Positions 17,271 to 26,935 of a DNA stretch of 64,000 nt are shown in pieces. The notes below the pieces were generated by a model, which saw only the letters and a list, made by a program, of their open reading frames with translations, was not told the origin of the DNA and did not search any database. The stretch's first letter is position 1. Each line of letters begins with the position of its first letter. The position numbers and the translations under genes were made by a program. This DNA comes from Planctomycetota bacterium (lineage in GTDB: Bacteria > Planctomycetota > UBA1135 > UBA2386): assembly GCA_046290465.1 (NCBI GenBank), contig JBKAGP010000001.1:2976001-3040000 (forward strand), in the 5' to 3' direction.

Positions 17271-18872
17271 ATGTCTACCAACAAACGAGGAAGGTCTTGG
17301 TTTCTTGCCGGCATGCTCGCCTTGAGCGTTGCCCTTTCCGGTTGTGGGCAGGAGCCCTCTCCTGGTCCTGGTTCCGAACCTGCTGCAGGTGAATCGACCG
17401 CGACTGGCAGGAATCCGACGAGCACCGCACACAAGCACGACACACCCGGCGAGACGTGCTTCATCTGTGATCCAAGCAAGCGTGAGTCAGGACGCCTGTG
17501 GTGCAAGGAGCACGGCCGTTACGAGAATCGATGCTGGATGTGCCAGCCGCAGCTCGAGGAGAAGGGCCGCCTCTACTGCGAAGAGCACGGCCTCTACGAG
17601 GACGAGTGCTTTCTCTGCCATCCCGAGCTGAAGAAAGACTCCAAGGACGAGAAGCAGCCGAAGGACAAGAAGGGCGCGCAACTGGATGCTCCCCCCCGCA
17701 CTGTTCCAGGTCTTTTCTGTAAGGAACACGGGGTGCCGGAGGCGGATTGCGGCATCTGCCAACCACAACGCACGGCAGAACTGCAGCCAGGCGACGAACT
17801 CAAGGTGCGTTTCGAGTCGGCCCGTGCAGCTGCGAAGGCAGGTGTGCAGACAGTTCCCGCCCGCCAGGCCACGGTGCGGGAAAGCGTTCCGGCCATCTGC
17901 GAGATCTCCTACAACCAGAATGCTCTGGCCCGCATCACGCCACTGGCCGCGGGGATCGTGCGCAAAGTGCTCGTCGATGTCGGTGCGGACGTGAAGGCGG
18001 GAGATGTTCTGGTGGAAGTGCACTCCACCGAAGTAGCGAGCGCGAAGGCTGCGTTCGTCTCGTCCGTGGTCGACCTCGACCTGAAAGAGGTTGCCTGCAA
18101 GCGAGAGAAGCGCCTGGCGAAGAAGAGCATCTCTTCGGAGAAGGAGGTGCAGGAGGCCGATGCTGCGTGCAAGACCGCTGAGCTCACGCTGAGTACAGCA
18201 AGACAGAGACTCCTCAACTATGGCTTCACGGCGGATGAGGTTGCAGCGATCAAGAAGGATCGCGACACCTCAGCTCGCTTGTTGGTCCGCGCTCCATACG
18301 AGGGCACATTGGTCGAGAGAAGTGCGGTGGTCGGCGAAGCTGTTGAGCCAGGCAAGAGCGTATTCTCTCTCGCGGATCTCGGCTCGATGTGGCTCTCGCT
18401 CTCGATCCCTGCCGATCGCGCGGGTCTCATCAAGAGTGGTCTGAGCGTGGAGGCGACCTTCCACGGCCTTTCCAGCGAGGCGTCACGTGGTGAGATCACA
18501 TGGGTCAACACCTCGATCGACGAGAAGACTCGCATGCTGCGGGCACGTGCCGTGGTCGGCAACCCTGACCGGAAGCTCAGCGCAGGGATGTTCGGCGACG
18601 CGATCGTCTTCACTTCGGATGCCAGAAGCGCAGTGGATGTGCCCAAGGAAGCCATCCAGCGGTTCGAGAAGAAGCTCTACGTCTTCGTCAAACTCGAAGA
18701 CGACCTCTACTCGTTGCGTCGCGTCGCCACGGTCGAGCGACCGTCGAACAACATCGTTGCGGTGGTCGAAGGTCTGCGCGCGGACGAACCTGTTGTTGCT
18801 ACAGGAGCATTCACCGTGATGTCCGAGTTCCTCAAGTCGAGGCTCGGCGCTGGCTGTGTCGATGACAAGTGA
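17271..18872 (+). CDS. RND periplasmic adaptor (CzcB-like lipoprotein) with N-terminal Cys/His repeats
   Basis: Lipobox LSGC; three CxEH-x6-CxxC repeats; MFP core (VKAGDVL, VRAPYEG, KTRMLRAR, LSAGMFG). Confidence 0.9.
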   Translation: MSTNKRGRSWFLAGMLALSVALSGCGQEPSPGPGSEPAAGESTATGRNPTSTAHKHDTPGETCFICDPSKRESGRLWCKEHGRYENRCWMCQPQLEEKGRLYCEEHGLYEDECFLCHPELKKDSKDEKQPKDKKGAQLDAPPRTVPGLFCKEHGVPEADCGICQPQRTAELQPGDELKVRFESARAAAKAGVQTVPARQATVRESVPAICEISYNQNALARITPLAAGIVRKVLVDVGADVKAGDVLVEVHSTEVASAKAAFVSSVVDLDLKEVACKREKRLAKKSISSEKEVQEADAACKTAELTLSTARQRLLNYGFTADEVAAIKKDRDTSARLLVRAPYEGTLVERSAVVGEAVEPGKSVFSLADLGSMWLSLSIPADRAGLIKSGLSVEATFHGLSSEASRGEITWVNTSIDEKTRMLRARAVVGNPDRKLSAGMFGDAIVFTSDARSAVDVPKEAIQRFEKKLYVFVKLEDDLYSLRRVATVERPSNNIVAVVEGLRADEPVVATGAFTVMSEFLKSRLGAGCVDDK

Positions 18873-18883
18873 ACGGGGACTCC

Positions 18884-21800
18884 ATGCTTGAGCGCCTCGT
18901 CGAGTTCTCACTTCGCAACCGCCTCCTGTTCTTGCTGCTGGGATTTGCCCTGGTCGGCGGCGGGATCTACACGGCAACGCGTACGCCAGTTGACGCCTTC
19001 CCGGACACAACACCCGTCCAGGTCCAGATCAACACCGTGGCCCCCGCGCTCAATCCGGAAGAGATTGAGCAGCAGCTCACCCTTCCAGTCGAGCTCTCGA
19101 TCGGCGGTCTTCCTGGTCTGGCCGATGTTCGTTCCATATCCAAGTTTGGACTGTCCCAGGTCGTCGCGACGTTCGATGACGACACGAGGATCATCGATGC
19201 GCGCCAGTACGTCTCCGAACGACTGGCGACAGTAGAGCTTCCCGAAGGCATTGAGCGTCCGCAGCTCGGCCCCATCTCCACCGGGCTCGGAGAGATCTTC
19301 CACTACGTCCTTCGTTCGGAGAACCCGCGCAGGACGCTCGAAGAGCTGCGAACCCTTCACGACTGGGTCGTCAAACCGGAGCTCCGCAAGGTTCCTGGTG
19401 TCGCTGAGGTCAACTCGTGGGGCGGGTACGAGAAGCAGTACCACGTGGTTGTCTCGCCCGAGGCGTTGCTCAAATACGACCTCACCCTTGGGGACGTCTT
19501 CGAAGCGCTCGAGAAAAACAATCAGAACGTCGGTGGTGGCGTGCTCACGTCGGGTGGGCAGTCGCAGCTCGTGCATGGCCTCGGGCGTGTTTCAACCGTC
19601 AACCAGATCGAGAACATCGTTGTCTCCGCATTCGACGGTGCGCCGATCCGCATTCGAGATGTCGCGCAAGAGGTTCGGGTCGACCACGAGATCCGGCGCG
19701 GTGCGGTCACGGCGAACGGTCGCGGCGAAGTCGTGCTAGGCCTTGCTTTCATGCTGATGGGCGAGAACGCCCAGGCCGTCACCGAAGAGCTCAAGGAGCG
19801 GCTCGTAGGTGTCCGGAGATCGCTCCCCGAAGACGTTGTCGTTGAAGTCGTCTACGACCGCACCGAGCTGACAACCGAGGTGATCGGAACCGTGCAGCAC
19901 AACCTGTTGGCCGGAGCCTTGCTCGTCATCGTCGTGCTCTTCGTACTGCTTGGCAACATTCGCGGCGGTCTCCTGGTAGCCCTCGCCATCCCACTCGCGA
20001 TGTTGTTTGCCTTGATCGGCATGTACCACTTCGCGATCGCGGCAAGCCTCCTCAGCCTTGGTGCAATCGACTTCGGCATCATCGTCGACGGCTCGGTGGT
20101 GATGACCGAGGCCAACATGCGGAACCTGGCTCAGCGTGCGCGTGAGCTGAAGAGACCGCTGACCAAAGATGAGCGTCTCGCGGTCATCACCGAGTCGGGC
20201 AAGCAGGTGGCTCGACCGATCGTCTTCGGCATGGCCATCATCATGGTGGTCTTCTTCCCCGTGCTCGCGCTCGAGGGAATCGAAGGAAAGATGTTCCGCC
20301 CGATGGCGTGGACGTTCATCTTCGCCCTTGGCGGGGCACTGCTGATCGCCCTCACCCTGTCACCGGTCCTTGGCTACTACTTCCTTCCGAAGCGTGTTCG
20401 GGAGCGAGAGGGTGTTATCGCTCGCGCGATGAACGGCGCCTTTGCCTGGTTCCTTGCGGCAGCGATGCGGCTGCGGTGGTTCGTTCTCAGCGGAGCGATG
20501 CTGCTTCTAGTGTTCGCCGGATGGACTGCGACACGGCTGGGAGGAGAGTTCATCCCGCGCTTGAGCGAGGGGGCGGTGGTCTTGAACACCATCCGCCTGG
20601 CCGGTGTCTCTATTGAGGAGTCCGTTCGCTACAACACGCGCATCGAGAAGCTCTTGCTCGAGAACTTTCCGGACGAGGTTCGGCACGTCTGGAGCCGCAT
20701 CGGGACAGCTGAAATCGCCACTGACCCCATGGGCACCGAGCTGACCGACATCTTCTTGTCGCTCAAGCCCCGAAGCGAATGGAAGAGGGCCAGCACGCAG
20801 ACTGAGCTCGGCGCTGCCATGCAGAGCCTGGTGGACGACCTACCCGGCGTGAACATCATCGCAACCCAGCCGATCGAGATGCGCCTCAACGAGATGGCGT
20901 CGGGCATCCGTTCAGACATCGGCATCAAGATCTACGGCGACGACTTCGACGAGCTCGTGCGCATCAGTGACGAGGTACAGCGCATTCTTGTCGACATCCC
21001 CGGACAGTCAGACGTCGCTGTCGATCAGGTCACGGGGCAACCAACGCTCCGCATCCGCATGGACCCCGACGCACTTGCCCGCGTTGGAGTGTCAGGACGG
21101 GAAGTGCTCGAGTTCGTGGAGGTCATCGGGACACGCCGTGTCGGCGAAGTCTTCGAGGGACAACGTAAGTTCCCGTTGGCTGTCCGGTTGCCGGATTCCC
21201 ACCGGGGCGATGCCGACGCTCTACGTGCGACGCTGATTCCAACGAAATCTGGGCTTCGCCTACCTCTGCGAAGCGTGGCTGACGTCTCAGAAGAAGAGGG
21301 CATCTCGACGATCAACCGTGAGTGGGGTCGAAGGCTGATCCGCGTCCAGTGCAACGTAGCCGGCCGCGATGTTGCCTCGTTTGTTGAGGAAGCGCAGACG
21401 CGGATCGCCAACGAACTGGAGCTCCCCGATGGCTACGTCATCAACTGGGGCGGTCAGTTTGAGAATCTGGCCAACGCGAAGGTGCGGTTCATGATCGTTG
21501 TTCCGGTCACGCTCCTTCTCGTGTTCTTCCTGCTGTTCTTCAGCCTGAAGAGTCTTCGGGAGGTCCTGCTGATCTATACCGGGATTCCCTTCGCCGCTGT
21601 CGGAGGTGTCTTGGCGCTCTGGCTGCGCGGAATGCCGTTCAGCGTGAGCGCCGCCGTGGGCTTCATCGCGCTCGGAGGCATCGCCGTCTTGAACGGACAG
21701 ATCCTCGTATCGGCCATTCGCTCTTTCCTTGCTCAGGGCAACGAGCTCCGTTCGGCGATCACAGAAGCCACACAGCAACGGCTTCGTCCCGTTCTGGCGA

Positions 21801-21997
21801 CGGCTATCACGGATGCTGTCGGTTTTCTTCCGATGGCGATCTCCACGGGAGTCGGTGCCGAGGTGCAGCGACCACTTGCGACGGTTGTGGTGGCAGGTGT
21901 GCTGACGTCAACCGTCCTGACTCTCTTTGTGCTGCCGATCCTCTACCTGCTTGTCATGAAGAAGGTCCCAGCAACAACCGACGGGGAGGTTGCGTAG
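18884..21997 (+). CDS. czcA: CzcA-family heavy-metal RND permease
   Basis: PVDAFPDTTPVQVQINT, SLGAIDFGIIVDGSVV, GIAVLNG, RLRPVL, GAEVQRPLATVV. Confidence 0.93.
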   Translation: MLERLVEFSLRNRLLFLLLGFALVGGGIYTATRTPVDAFPDTTPVQVQINTVAPALNPEEIEQQLTLPVELSIGGLPGLADVRSISKFGLSQVVATFDDDTRIIDARQYVSERLATVELPEGIERPQLGPISTGLGEIFHYVLRSENPRRTLEELRTLHDWVVKPELRKVPGVAEVNSWGGYEKQYHVVVSPEALLKYDLTLGDVFEALEKNNQNVGGGVLTSGGQSQLVHGLGRVSTVNQIENIVVSAFDGAPIRIRDVAQEVRVDHEIRRGAVTANGRGEVVLGLAFMLMGENAQAVTEELKERLVGVRRSLPEDVVVEVVYDRTELTTEVIGTVQHNLLAGALLVIVVLFVLLGNIRGGLLVALAIPLAMLFALIGMYHFAIAASLLSLGAIDFGIIVDGSVVMTEANMRNLAQRARELKRPLTKDERLAVITESGKQVARPIVFGMAIIMVVFFPVLALEGIEGKMFRPMAWTFIFALGGALLIALTLSPVLGYYFLPKRVREREGVIARAMNGAFAWFLAAAMRLRWFVLSGAMLLLVFAGWTATRLGGEFIPRLSEGAVVLNTIRLAGVSIEESVRYNTRIEKLLLENFPDEVRHVWSRIGTAEIATDPMGTELTDIFLSLKPRSEWKRASTQTELGAAMQSLVDDLPGVNIIATQPIEMRLNEMASGIRSDIGIKIYGDDFDELVRISDEVQRILVDIPGQSDVAVDQVTGQPTLRIRMDPDALARVGVSGREVLEFVEVIGTRRVGEVFEGQRKFPLAVRLPDSHRGDADALRATLIPTKSGLRLPLRSVADVSEEEGISTINREWGRRLIRVQCNVAGRDVASFVEEAQTRIANELELPDGYVINWGGQFENLANAKVRFMIVVPVTLLLVFFLLFFSLKSLREVLLIYTGIPFAAVGGVLALWLRGMPFSVSAAVGFIALGGIAVLNGQILVSAIRSFLAQGNELRSAITEATQQRLRPVLATAITDAVGFLPMAISTGVGAEVQRPLATVVVAGVLTSTVLTLFVLPILYLLVMKKVPATTDGEVA

Positions 21998-21998
21998 C

Positions 21999-23408
21999 AT
22001 GGCAACAACTACCAGATTGGAGACTGGGCGGCTCCGTCGGCAAACGCTCGTGGCCGCTGCTGTGGCGCTGCTAGTCACCTTGAGCGGATGTGCCACTGTA
22101 GACCCAACGCCGGATTACGAACTAGCGCGAGAGGAGGTAAAGGCAGCGACCGGCGAAGACACCCTCTATCAGCCCGGAGAGGAAGAGCGTGCGCGCAAGC
22201 TGGTTGCAGAGCTCATGAAGGATGGGTTGACCTCAAAGGACGCAGTCCAGATTTGCCTTCTCAACAATCGACTTCTGCAGCAACAGCTCTACGAGATCGG
22301 TGTGCGGCGTGCGGATGCAGTGCAGGCTGGATTGCTCTCGAACCCGTCGCTCCAACTGATGGTGCGCTTCCCACTCGATGGAGGAAGCACGAACATGGAG
22401 GGCGGACTTCTCCACAATCTCATCGAGCTCTGGCACTTGCCCGCGCGCACGAGGGTTGCGGAAAGCCAAGTAGACCGAACCGTGCTCGAGGTTGCTCGCC
22501 GCGCGGTCACGCTCGCGGCTCAGGCGAAGTCGGCGTACTTCACGGCCGTTGCTTCGAGTGCTTCTCTCGCTGTTGCAGAAGAGAATCTCAAGACCGCACA
22601 GGAGTTCCTCGAACTCACGCGTGAACGCAAGGCTGCCGGTGCTGCGACGCAGGTTGACGAGAACGCCGCGCGCGCCGGTTTCCTCGAGCAACAGGTGCTT
22701 GTTCGTTCCACAAGCTTCGCTTCGTTTGAAGCGAAACGACGCCTGGCGATGGTGCTGGGTGTTTCCGTACCGCCGCAGGAACTTGAGCTCACGAGTCCAC
22801 CACTCACGCCACCGGAGTGGAGCGTTGACCTCAAGAGACTGCTCGCAGTTGCCGAAGAACACCGGCTTGACCTGCGCGCGGCGAAGAAGGCCGTCGAGGC
22901 CGCAGGCAACGCAGTGCCTCTTGAGCGGCGTCGGCAGCTGCGCAAGCTAGGTGGTGGCTTGGCCTTCGAAACGGTCGGCAGCGATGTAGAACTGGGTCCA
23001 GCATTCCGGCTTGAGATTCCGATCTTCGACCGAAACCAAGCACAGATTGCCAAGGCCGAGTTGCGCTTCTCTCAGGCGATACGTCGCCTTGAGGGAGTGT
23101 CCGAGAACGTGTCCCAACAAGTACGGGGTGCGTACGAACGCTACGCGATGGCGCAGGAAACCGCTCGCCTCTACCAGAAGGAGCTCTTGCCGCTTCAACA
23201 AGCCAGCCTTGACCTTGCCCGAGAGTCGTTCGCGGCAGGCAAGACAGGCTTTCTATCTGTCCTCGAGGCTCAGAACCGACTTCTTGCCACTCGGCGTGAC
23301 TATGTCGTACGGCTTGAGTCTGTGGCCCAGAGCATCCCCGAGCTGGAGGCTGCTTGTGGGCGACCGCTCGACGTGCTCCTTGCTACGGATGCGGATCGTG
23401 ACAAGTGA
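21999..23408 (+). CDS. TolC-family outer membrane efflux lipoprotein
   Basis: Lipobox LSGC; QAGLLSNP, IPIFDRNQAQIAKAE. Confidence 0.9.
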   Translation: MATTTRLETGRLRRQTLVAAAVALLVTLSGCATVDPTPDYELAREEVKAATGEDTLYQPGEEERARKLVAELMKDGLTSKDAVQICLLNNRLLQQQLYEIGVRRADAVQAGLLSNPSLQLMVRFPLDGGSTNMEGGLLHNLIELWHLPARTRVAESQVDRTVLEVARRAVTLAAQAKSAYFTAVASSASLAVAEENLKTAQEFLELTRERKAAGAATQVDENAARAGFLEQQVLVRSTSFASFEAKRRLAMVLGVSVPPQELELTSPPLTPPEWSVDLKRLLAVAEEHRLDLRAAKKAVEAAGNAVPLERRRQLRKLGGGLAFETVGSDVELGPAFRLEIPIFDRNQAQIAKAELRFSQAIRRLEGVSENVSQQVRGAYERYAMAQETARLYQKELLPLQQASLDLARESFAAGKTGFLSVLEAQNRLLATRRDYVVRLESVAQSIPELEAACGRPLDVLLATDADRDK

Positions 23409-24027
23409 TCAGGCGCGGACAGCAACGCTCATGCGCGCAGCGAGCCTCGCCTACCTGACAATCGGCTGGAATGTCGTCGAGGGTGTCATCGCCGTTTCCG
23501 CAGCGGCTGCTGCTGGGAGTGTCGCGCTGCTCGGCTTTGGCCTTGATAGCTTCGTAGAGAGCGCCTCTGGTTTGATCGTTCTGTGGAGACTCTCTCGAGA
23601 ACGGCGCAACACGGCCGTTGCGGCGGAAGCTGTCGAGAAGCTCGACCGCCGGGCGCATCGCCTGGTGGCCGGCACCTTGTTTCTCCTTGCTGCCTACGTC
23701 TCCGTGGATGCTGGATTCGCGCTGTGGAACGGGGATCGCCCTGAGACGAGCGTCGTCGGGATCATTCTTGTCTCAGTCTCGATCGCAGTCATGTGGTGGC
23801 TAGCGCGTGCAAAATCGTCCGTGGCACGTGTTCTGGGGAGCCGAGCGCTTGAAGCCGACTCCTTTCAGACCCTGGCATGCTGGTGGCTTTCGATCGTCGC
23901 CCTGTCAGGGATTGTTCTCAACGCCGCGTTCGGTTGGTGGTGGGCAGACCCTCTTGCGGCCCTAGGGGTCGCAGCCCTTGTTGTTCGCGAGGGTACCGAA
24001 GCTTGGCGTGGTGAGGCGTGCTGCTGA
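23398..24027 (+). CDS. Cation transporter (CDF-like TM domain only), C-terminal Cys-Cys
   Basis: LTIGWNVVEG, SVALLGFGLDSFVE, ALEADS, GWWWADP; GTG 23398 overlaps the tolC stop. Confidence 0.85.
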   Translation: MTSDQARTATLMRAASLAYLTIGWNVVEGVIAVSAAAAAGSVALLGFGLDSFVESASGLIVLWRLSRERRNTAVAAEAVEKLDRRAHRLVAGTLFLLAAYVSVDAGFALWNGDRPETSVVGIILVSVSIAVMWWLARAKSSVARVLGSRALEADSFQTLACWWLSIVALSGIVLNAAFGWWWADPLAALGVAALVVREGTEAWRGEACC

Positions 24028-24050
24028 GACTGGGAGTCGAAGAAGGCGAA

Positions 24051-26468
24051 TCAGACAACGCTTGCGGTGTCTTCAAATCTCAGTAGGCGCAGAGCGTTGA
24101 GCACAACGACCAACGTAGACCCTTCGTGGACGACAACAGCCGGGCCAATCCCAAGGCCTAGAATCGTGGCCGGAACCAGAAGAGCCACGACACCGAGGCT
24201 CATCCAGAGATTCTGCTTGATCGCCCGGCTCGCGGCTCGACTCAGCCCAACCGCGAATGGAAGCCGTTCAAGATCGTCAGCCATCAGAGCCACGTCCGCC
24301 GTCTCGAGAGCTACATCCGACCCTGCAGCTCCCATGGCGATTCCTACCGTCGCGCTAGCCATTGCCGGAGCGTCGTTGACCCCGTCGCCGACCATGGCCA
24401 CAAGTCCTTCTGACCGAAGCATCTTGATAGCTTCCACCTTGTCTTCGGGCATTAGATCCCCCCTGGCGTCATCCAGACCAACGGTTTCAGCAATCGCTGC
24501 AGCAACTTGTTGGTTGTCACCTGAGATCATGATCATCCGCCCGACGCCGATGGCCCGCAGTCTCTCGATCGTTCGGTTGGCAGCTTCGCGAGGCGTGTCC
24601 ATCAGCCCGAGGACACCGAGGTACTGGTCCCCGTGCCGAACGATCATCGTGGTTCGCCCATTCTCCTCAAGTTCCGCCACGCGTTGTTGCAGCTCTTCAG
24701 GAAGTGCTGCGCCGGGGACTTCCTCGAACAAGTCATCCTTGCCGATGAGCACTTCTTGACCCTCAACCTCTGCGCGAACCCCGCGGCCAGTCACGCTTTG
24801 CAGTCCGGAGGCGGTGGCCGGAGTAGTTGCACCGAGCCGTTCTATCCCATCTCGCTCAACTGCAGCAGCAAGTGGATGGTCGCTCAGCGCCTCCACCCCA
24901 ACTGCAACGCGTAGCAACTCTTGCTGTGTCGCTCCTGACGCTGGATGCACGTCGACGAGCTTTGGTTTCCCCTCCGTCAGCGTCCCAGTCTTGTCGAAGG
25001 CTATCGCGCTTACTTGCCCAAGGTTCTCAAGCGGACCTCCGCCTTTCACGAGAACCCCTCCCCTCGCTGCCCGCGCTACCGCACTCAACACCGCACTTGG
25101 TGTCGCGATGGCAAGCGCGCACGGACTTGCCGCCACTAACACGGCCATCGCGCGGTAGAAGCTCTTTGCGAAAGACTCCTCAACGACCACCCAGCCGAAG
25201 AGCATCAGTACGGCAATTCCAAGAACAGCCGGGACGAAGACTCGCTCGAAACGGTCGGTCAGCTTCTGCGTCGGTGAACGGCTTGTCTCTGCTTCACTGA
25301 CCATCTGCACGACACGAGCCAGTGTCGACTCCGTTGCCGCTTGGGAGACGTAGACGTCCAGAACGCCACTGCCATTGATGGTCCCTGCGAAGACTCTGCT
25401 CTCAGAGCCGACCGCGCCTGGTCTTTCTCGTGCTCGTCGCGGGTCTTCGACCGGCTGCTTCTCGATTGGCACGCTTTCCCCGGTGATCGGAGCCTGGTTG
25501 ACGCTGCTTTCGCCCTTCGTGACGAACCCGTCTGCAGGAAAGCGCTCGTTGGGCTTCACGAGGACGGTGTCTCCAACGCGTAGCTCCTCGACTGGCACCT
25601 TGTCTACAGTGCCGTTCCTTCTCACCCAGGCCGTCTCCGGTGCAAGTTCGGCGAGCGACTCGATCGCATTCTTTGCCCTGCGCATCGCATAGCTTTCGAG
25701 TGCATGACCGAGGCTGAAGAGGAACAACAGCAACGCCCCCTCTGCCCACTCGCCAAGAACAGCCGCACCAGCGGCGGCCAGGAGCATCAAGAAGTCAATC
25801 TCGAAGCGCCCGTGCCGAAGGTTCGCAACAGCCTCCCTGAGCGGGAAGGTCCCACCGAACACATATGCCGCGATGAACCCACCGAGCACTAAGCTCGGTG
25901 GCACTGCAGCAACCTTCGGAAGCAGCCAGCCCAGAAGGAGAAATGCACCCGATAGCGCAGCGAAGACGAGCTCTACCTTCCCTCCTCCAGCGTGTGCATG
26001 ATCGTGTTCTTCTTGGACAGCGTCTGGTTTGTCTCCGAGGAGTGTGGCGAGACGCGCGCGAACGGTTGCTTCATCCGTGACTTCTCGCTCGAACTCGACA
26101 CGGGCCGAGCCATCGGCAGACACACACGCTTCAACGACACCTGGTTCTCGCAGAAGACTCTCGCTCAGCTGCCGGGCCTTGCGGGCATGCATCGAGGGCG
26201 CTCGTGAGGCGACGTGTCCATACCGCTCGTGGAGCTCTAGCCCCGCTCTCCGTGCGTAGTCGCAGACATCTGCCACGGATAGCCGGCGACGATCGAAGTG
26301 CACGCACAGACGCTCCGGAGTGCCGTCATCGCATTCGATGATGCGATGCACTTTGCTGACGCCGCTCTTCGCTTCCAGAAGCTCCTCCAGGCGACGAACA
26401 CAAGCATCGCGTCCTTCCTCAACATCTGGCAGCACGACGGCCAGAGATATCGGTAGTTTCGCGCTCAT
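24051..26468 (-). CDS. Heavy-metal P1B-type ATPase, P1B-4-like
   Basis: TGES, SPC motif (AASPCALA), DKTGT, HP, GDGVNDAP, HEGST. Confidence 0.95.
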   Translation of the reverse strand: MSAKLPISLAVVLPDVEEGRDACVRRLEELLEAKSGVSKVHRIIECDDGTPERLCVHFDRRRLSVADVCDYARRAGLELHERYGHVASRAPSMHARKARQLSESLLREPGVVEACVSADGSARVEFEREVTDEATVRARLATLLGDKPDAVQEEHDHAHAGGGKVELVFAALSGAFLLLGWLLPKVAAVPPSLVLGGFIAAYVFGGTFPLREAVANLRHGRFEIDFLMLLAAAGAAVLGEWAEGALLLFLFSLGHALESYAMRRAKNAIESLAELAPETAWVRRNGTVDKVPVEELRVGDTVLVKPNERFPADGFVTKGESSVNQAPITGESVPIEKQPVEDPRRARERPGAVGSESRVFAGTINGSGVLDVYVSQAATESTLARVVQMVSEAETSRSPTQKLTDRFERVFVPAVLGIAVLMLFGWVVVEESFAKSFYRAMAVLVAASPCALAIATPSAVLSAVARAARGGVLVKGGGPLENLGQVSAIAFDKTGTLTEGKPKLVDVHPASGATQQELLRVAVGVEALSDHPLAAAVERDGIERLGATTPATASGLQSVTGRGVRAEVEGQEVLIGKDDLFEEVPGAALPEELQQRVAELEENGRTTMIVRHGDQYLGVLGLMDTPREAANRTIERLRAIGVGRMIMISGDNQQVAAAIAETVGLDDARGDLMPEDKVEAIKMLRSEGLVAMVGDGVNDAPAMASATVGIAMGAAGSDVALETADVALMADDLERLPFAVGLSRAASRAIKQNLWMSLGVVALLVPATILGLGIGPAVVVHEGSTLVVVLNALRLLRFEDTASVV

Positions 26469-26494
26469 GTCATCTCCTCATCCACCGGCTCCCA

Positions 26495-26935
26495 CTAGTG
26501 GTCTTCGTGGTGGTGCTCGAGTGCGGGGTTGTAGTTCTTCCCGCCAATCTCGATAGAGATCCGCCCCTCTGGGCCATGTTCCTTCAGAGCAGGGTCTGTC
26601 ACGGCAAAGGCTCCGGCCTCACCGCTGACCGCAGTTGTCGAGAGCACCTTGGGTCCCGAGTCCGTCGTCAGTTTGACTTGCGGGGCTTTTGCGCCCGTGA
26701 AGGCTGACTTCGCGTCCGGACCAAGAACGTAGATGGTCATCTTCCCCGCGGATTCGTCGTGCATGACTTCCAGATGCGCGACATGGTCACCCACCTCGAG
26801 AAGGTGGCCACCGTGCGGGCCTTCGTGGCCGTGCGCAGCTACACCGGACTTGCCTGGCTTTTCTTCGTGCTTCTCGTCGGAACAAGATGCAACGACAAGC
26901 AGCATCGGGAGTGCGATCGAAACGAACTTCATCAT
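26495..26935 (-). CDS. His-rich lipoprotein, putative periplasmic metal-binding protein
   Basis: Lipobox VASC; HGHEGPHGGHLLE, C-terminal HHHEDH; overlaps the RND stop. Confidence 0.8.
   Translation of the reverse strand: MMKFVSIALPMLLVVASCSDEKHEEKPGKSGVAAHGHEGPHGGHLLEVGDHVAHLEVMHDESAGKMTIYVLGPDAKSAFTGAKAPQVKLTTDSGPKVLSTTAVSGEAGAFAVTDPALKEHGPEGRISIEIGGKNYNPALEHHHEDH

Noticed and set aside
24013..24060. Possible Sec readthrough at ...GEACC-TGA of the cation transporter
   Set aside because: No hairpin at SECIS-like spacing; readthrough would run antisense into the ATPase gene; Cys-rich ends are plausible normal termini here
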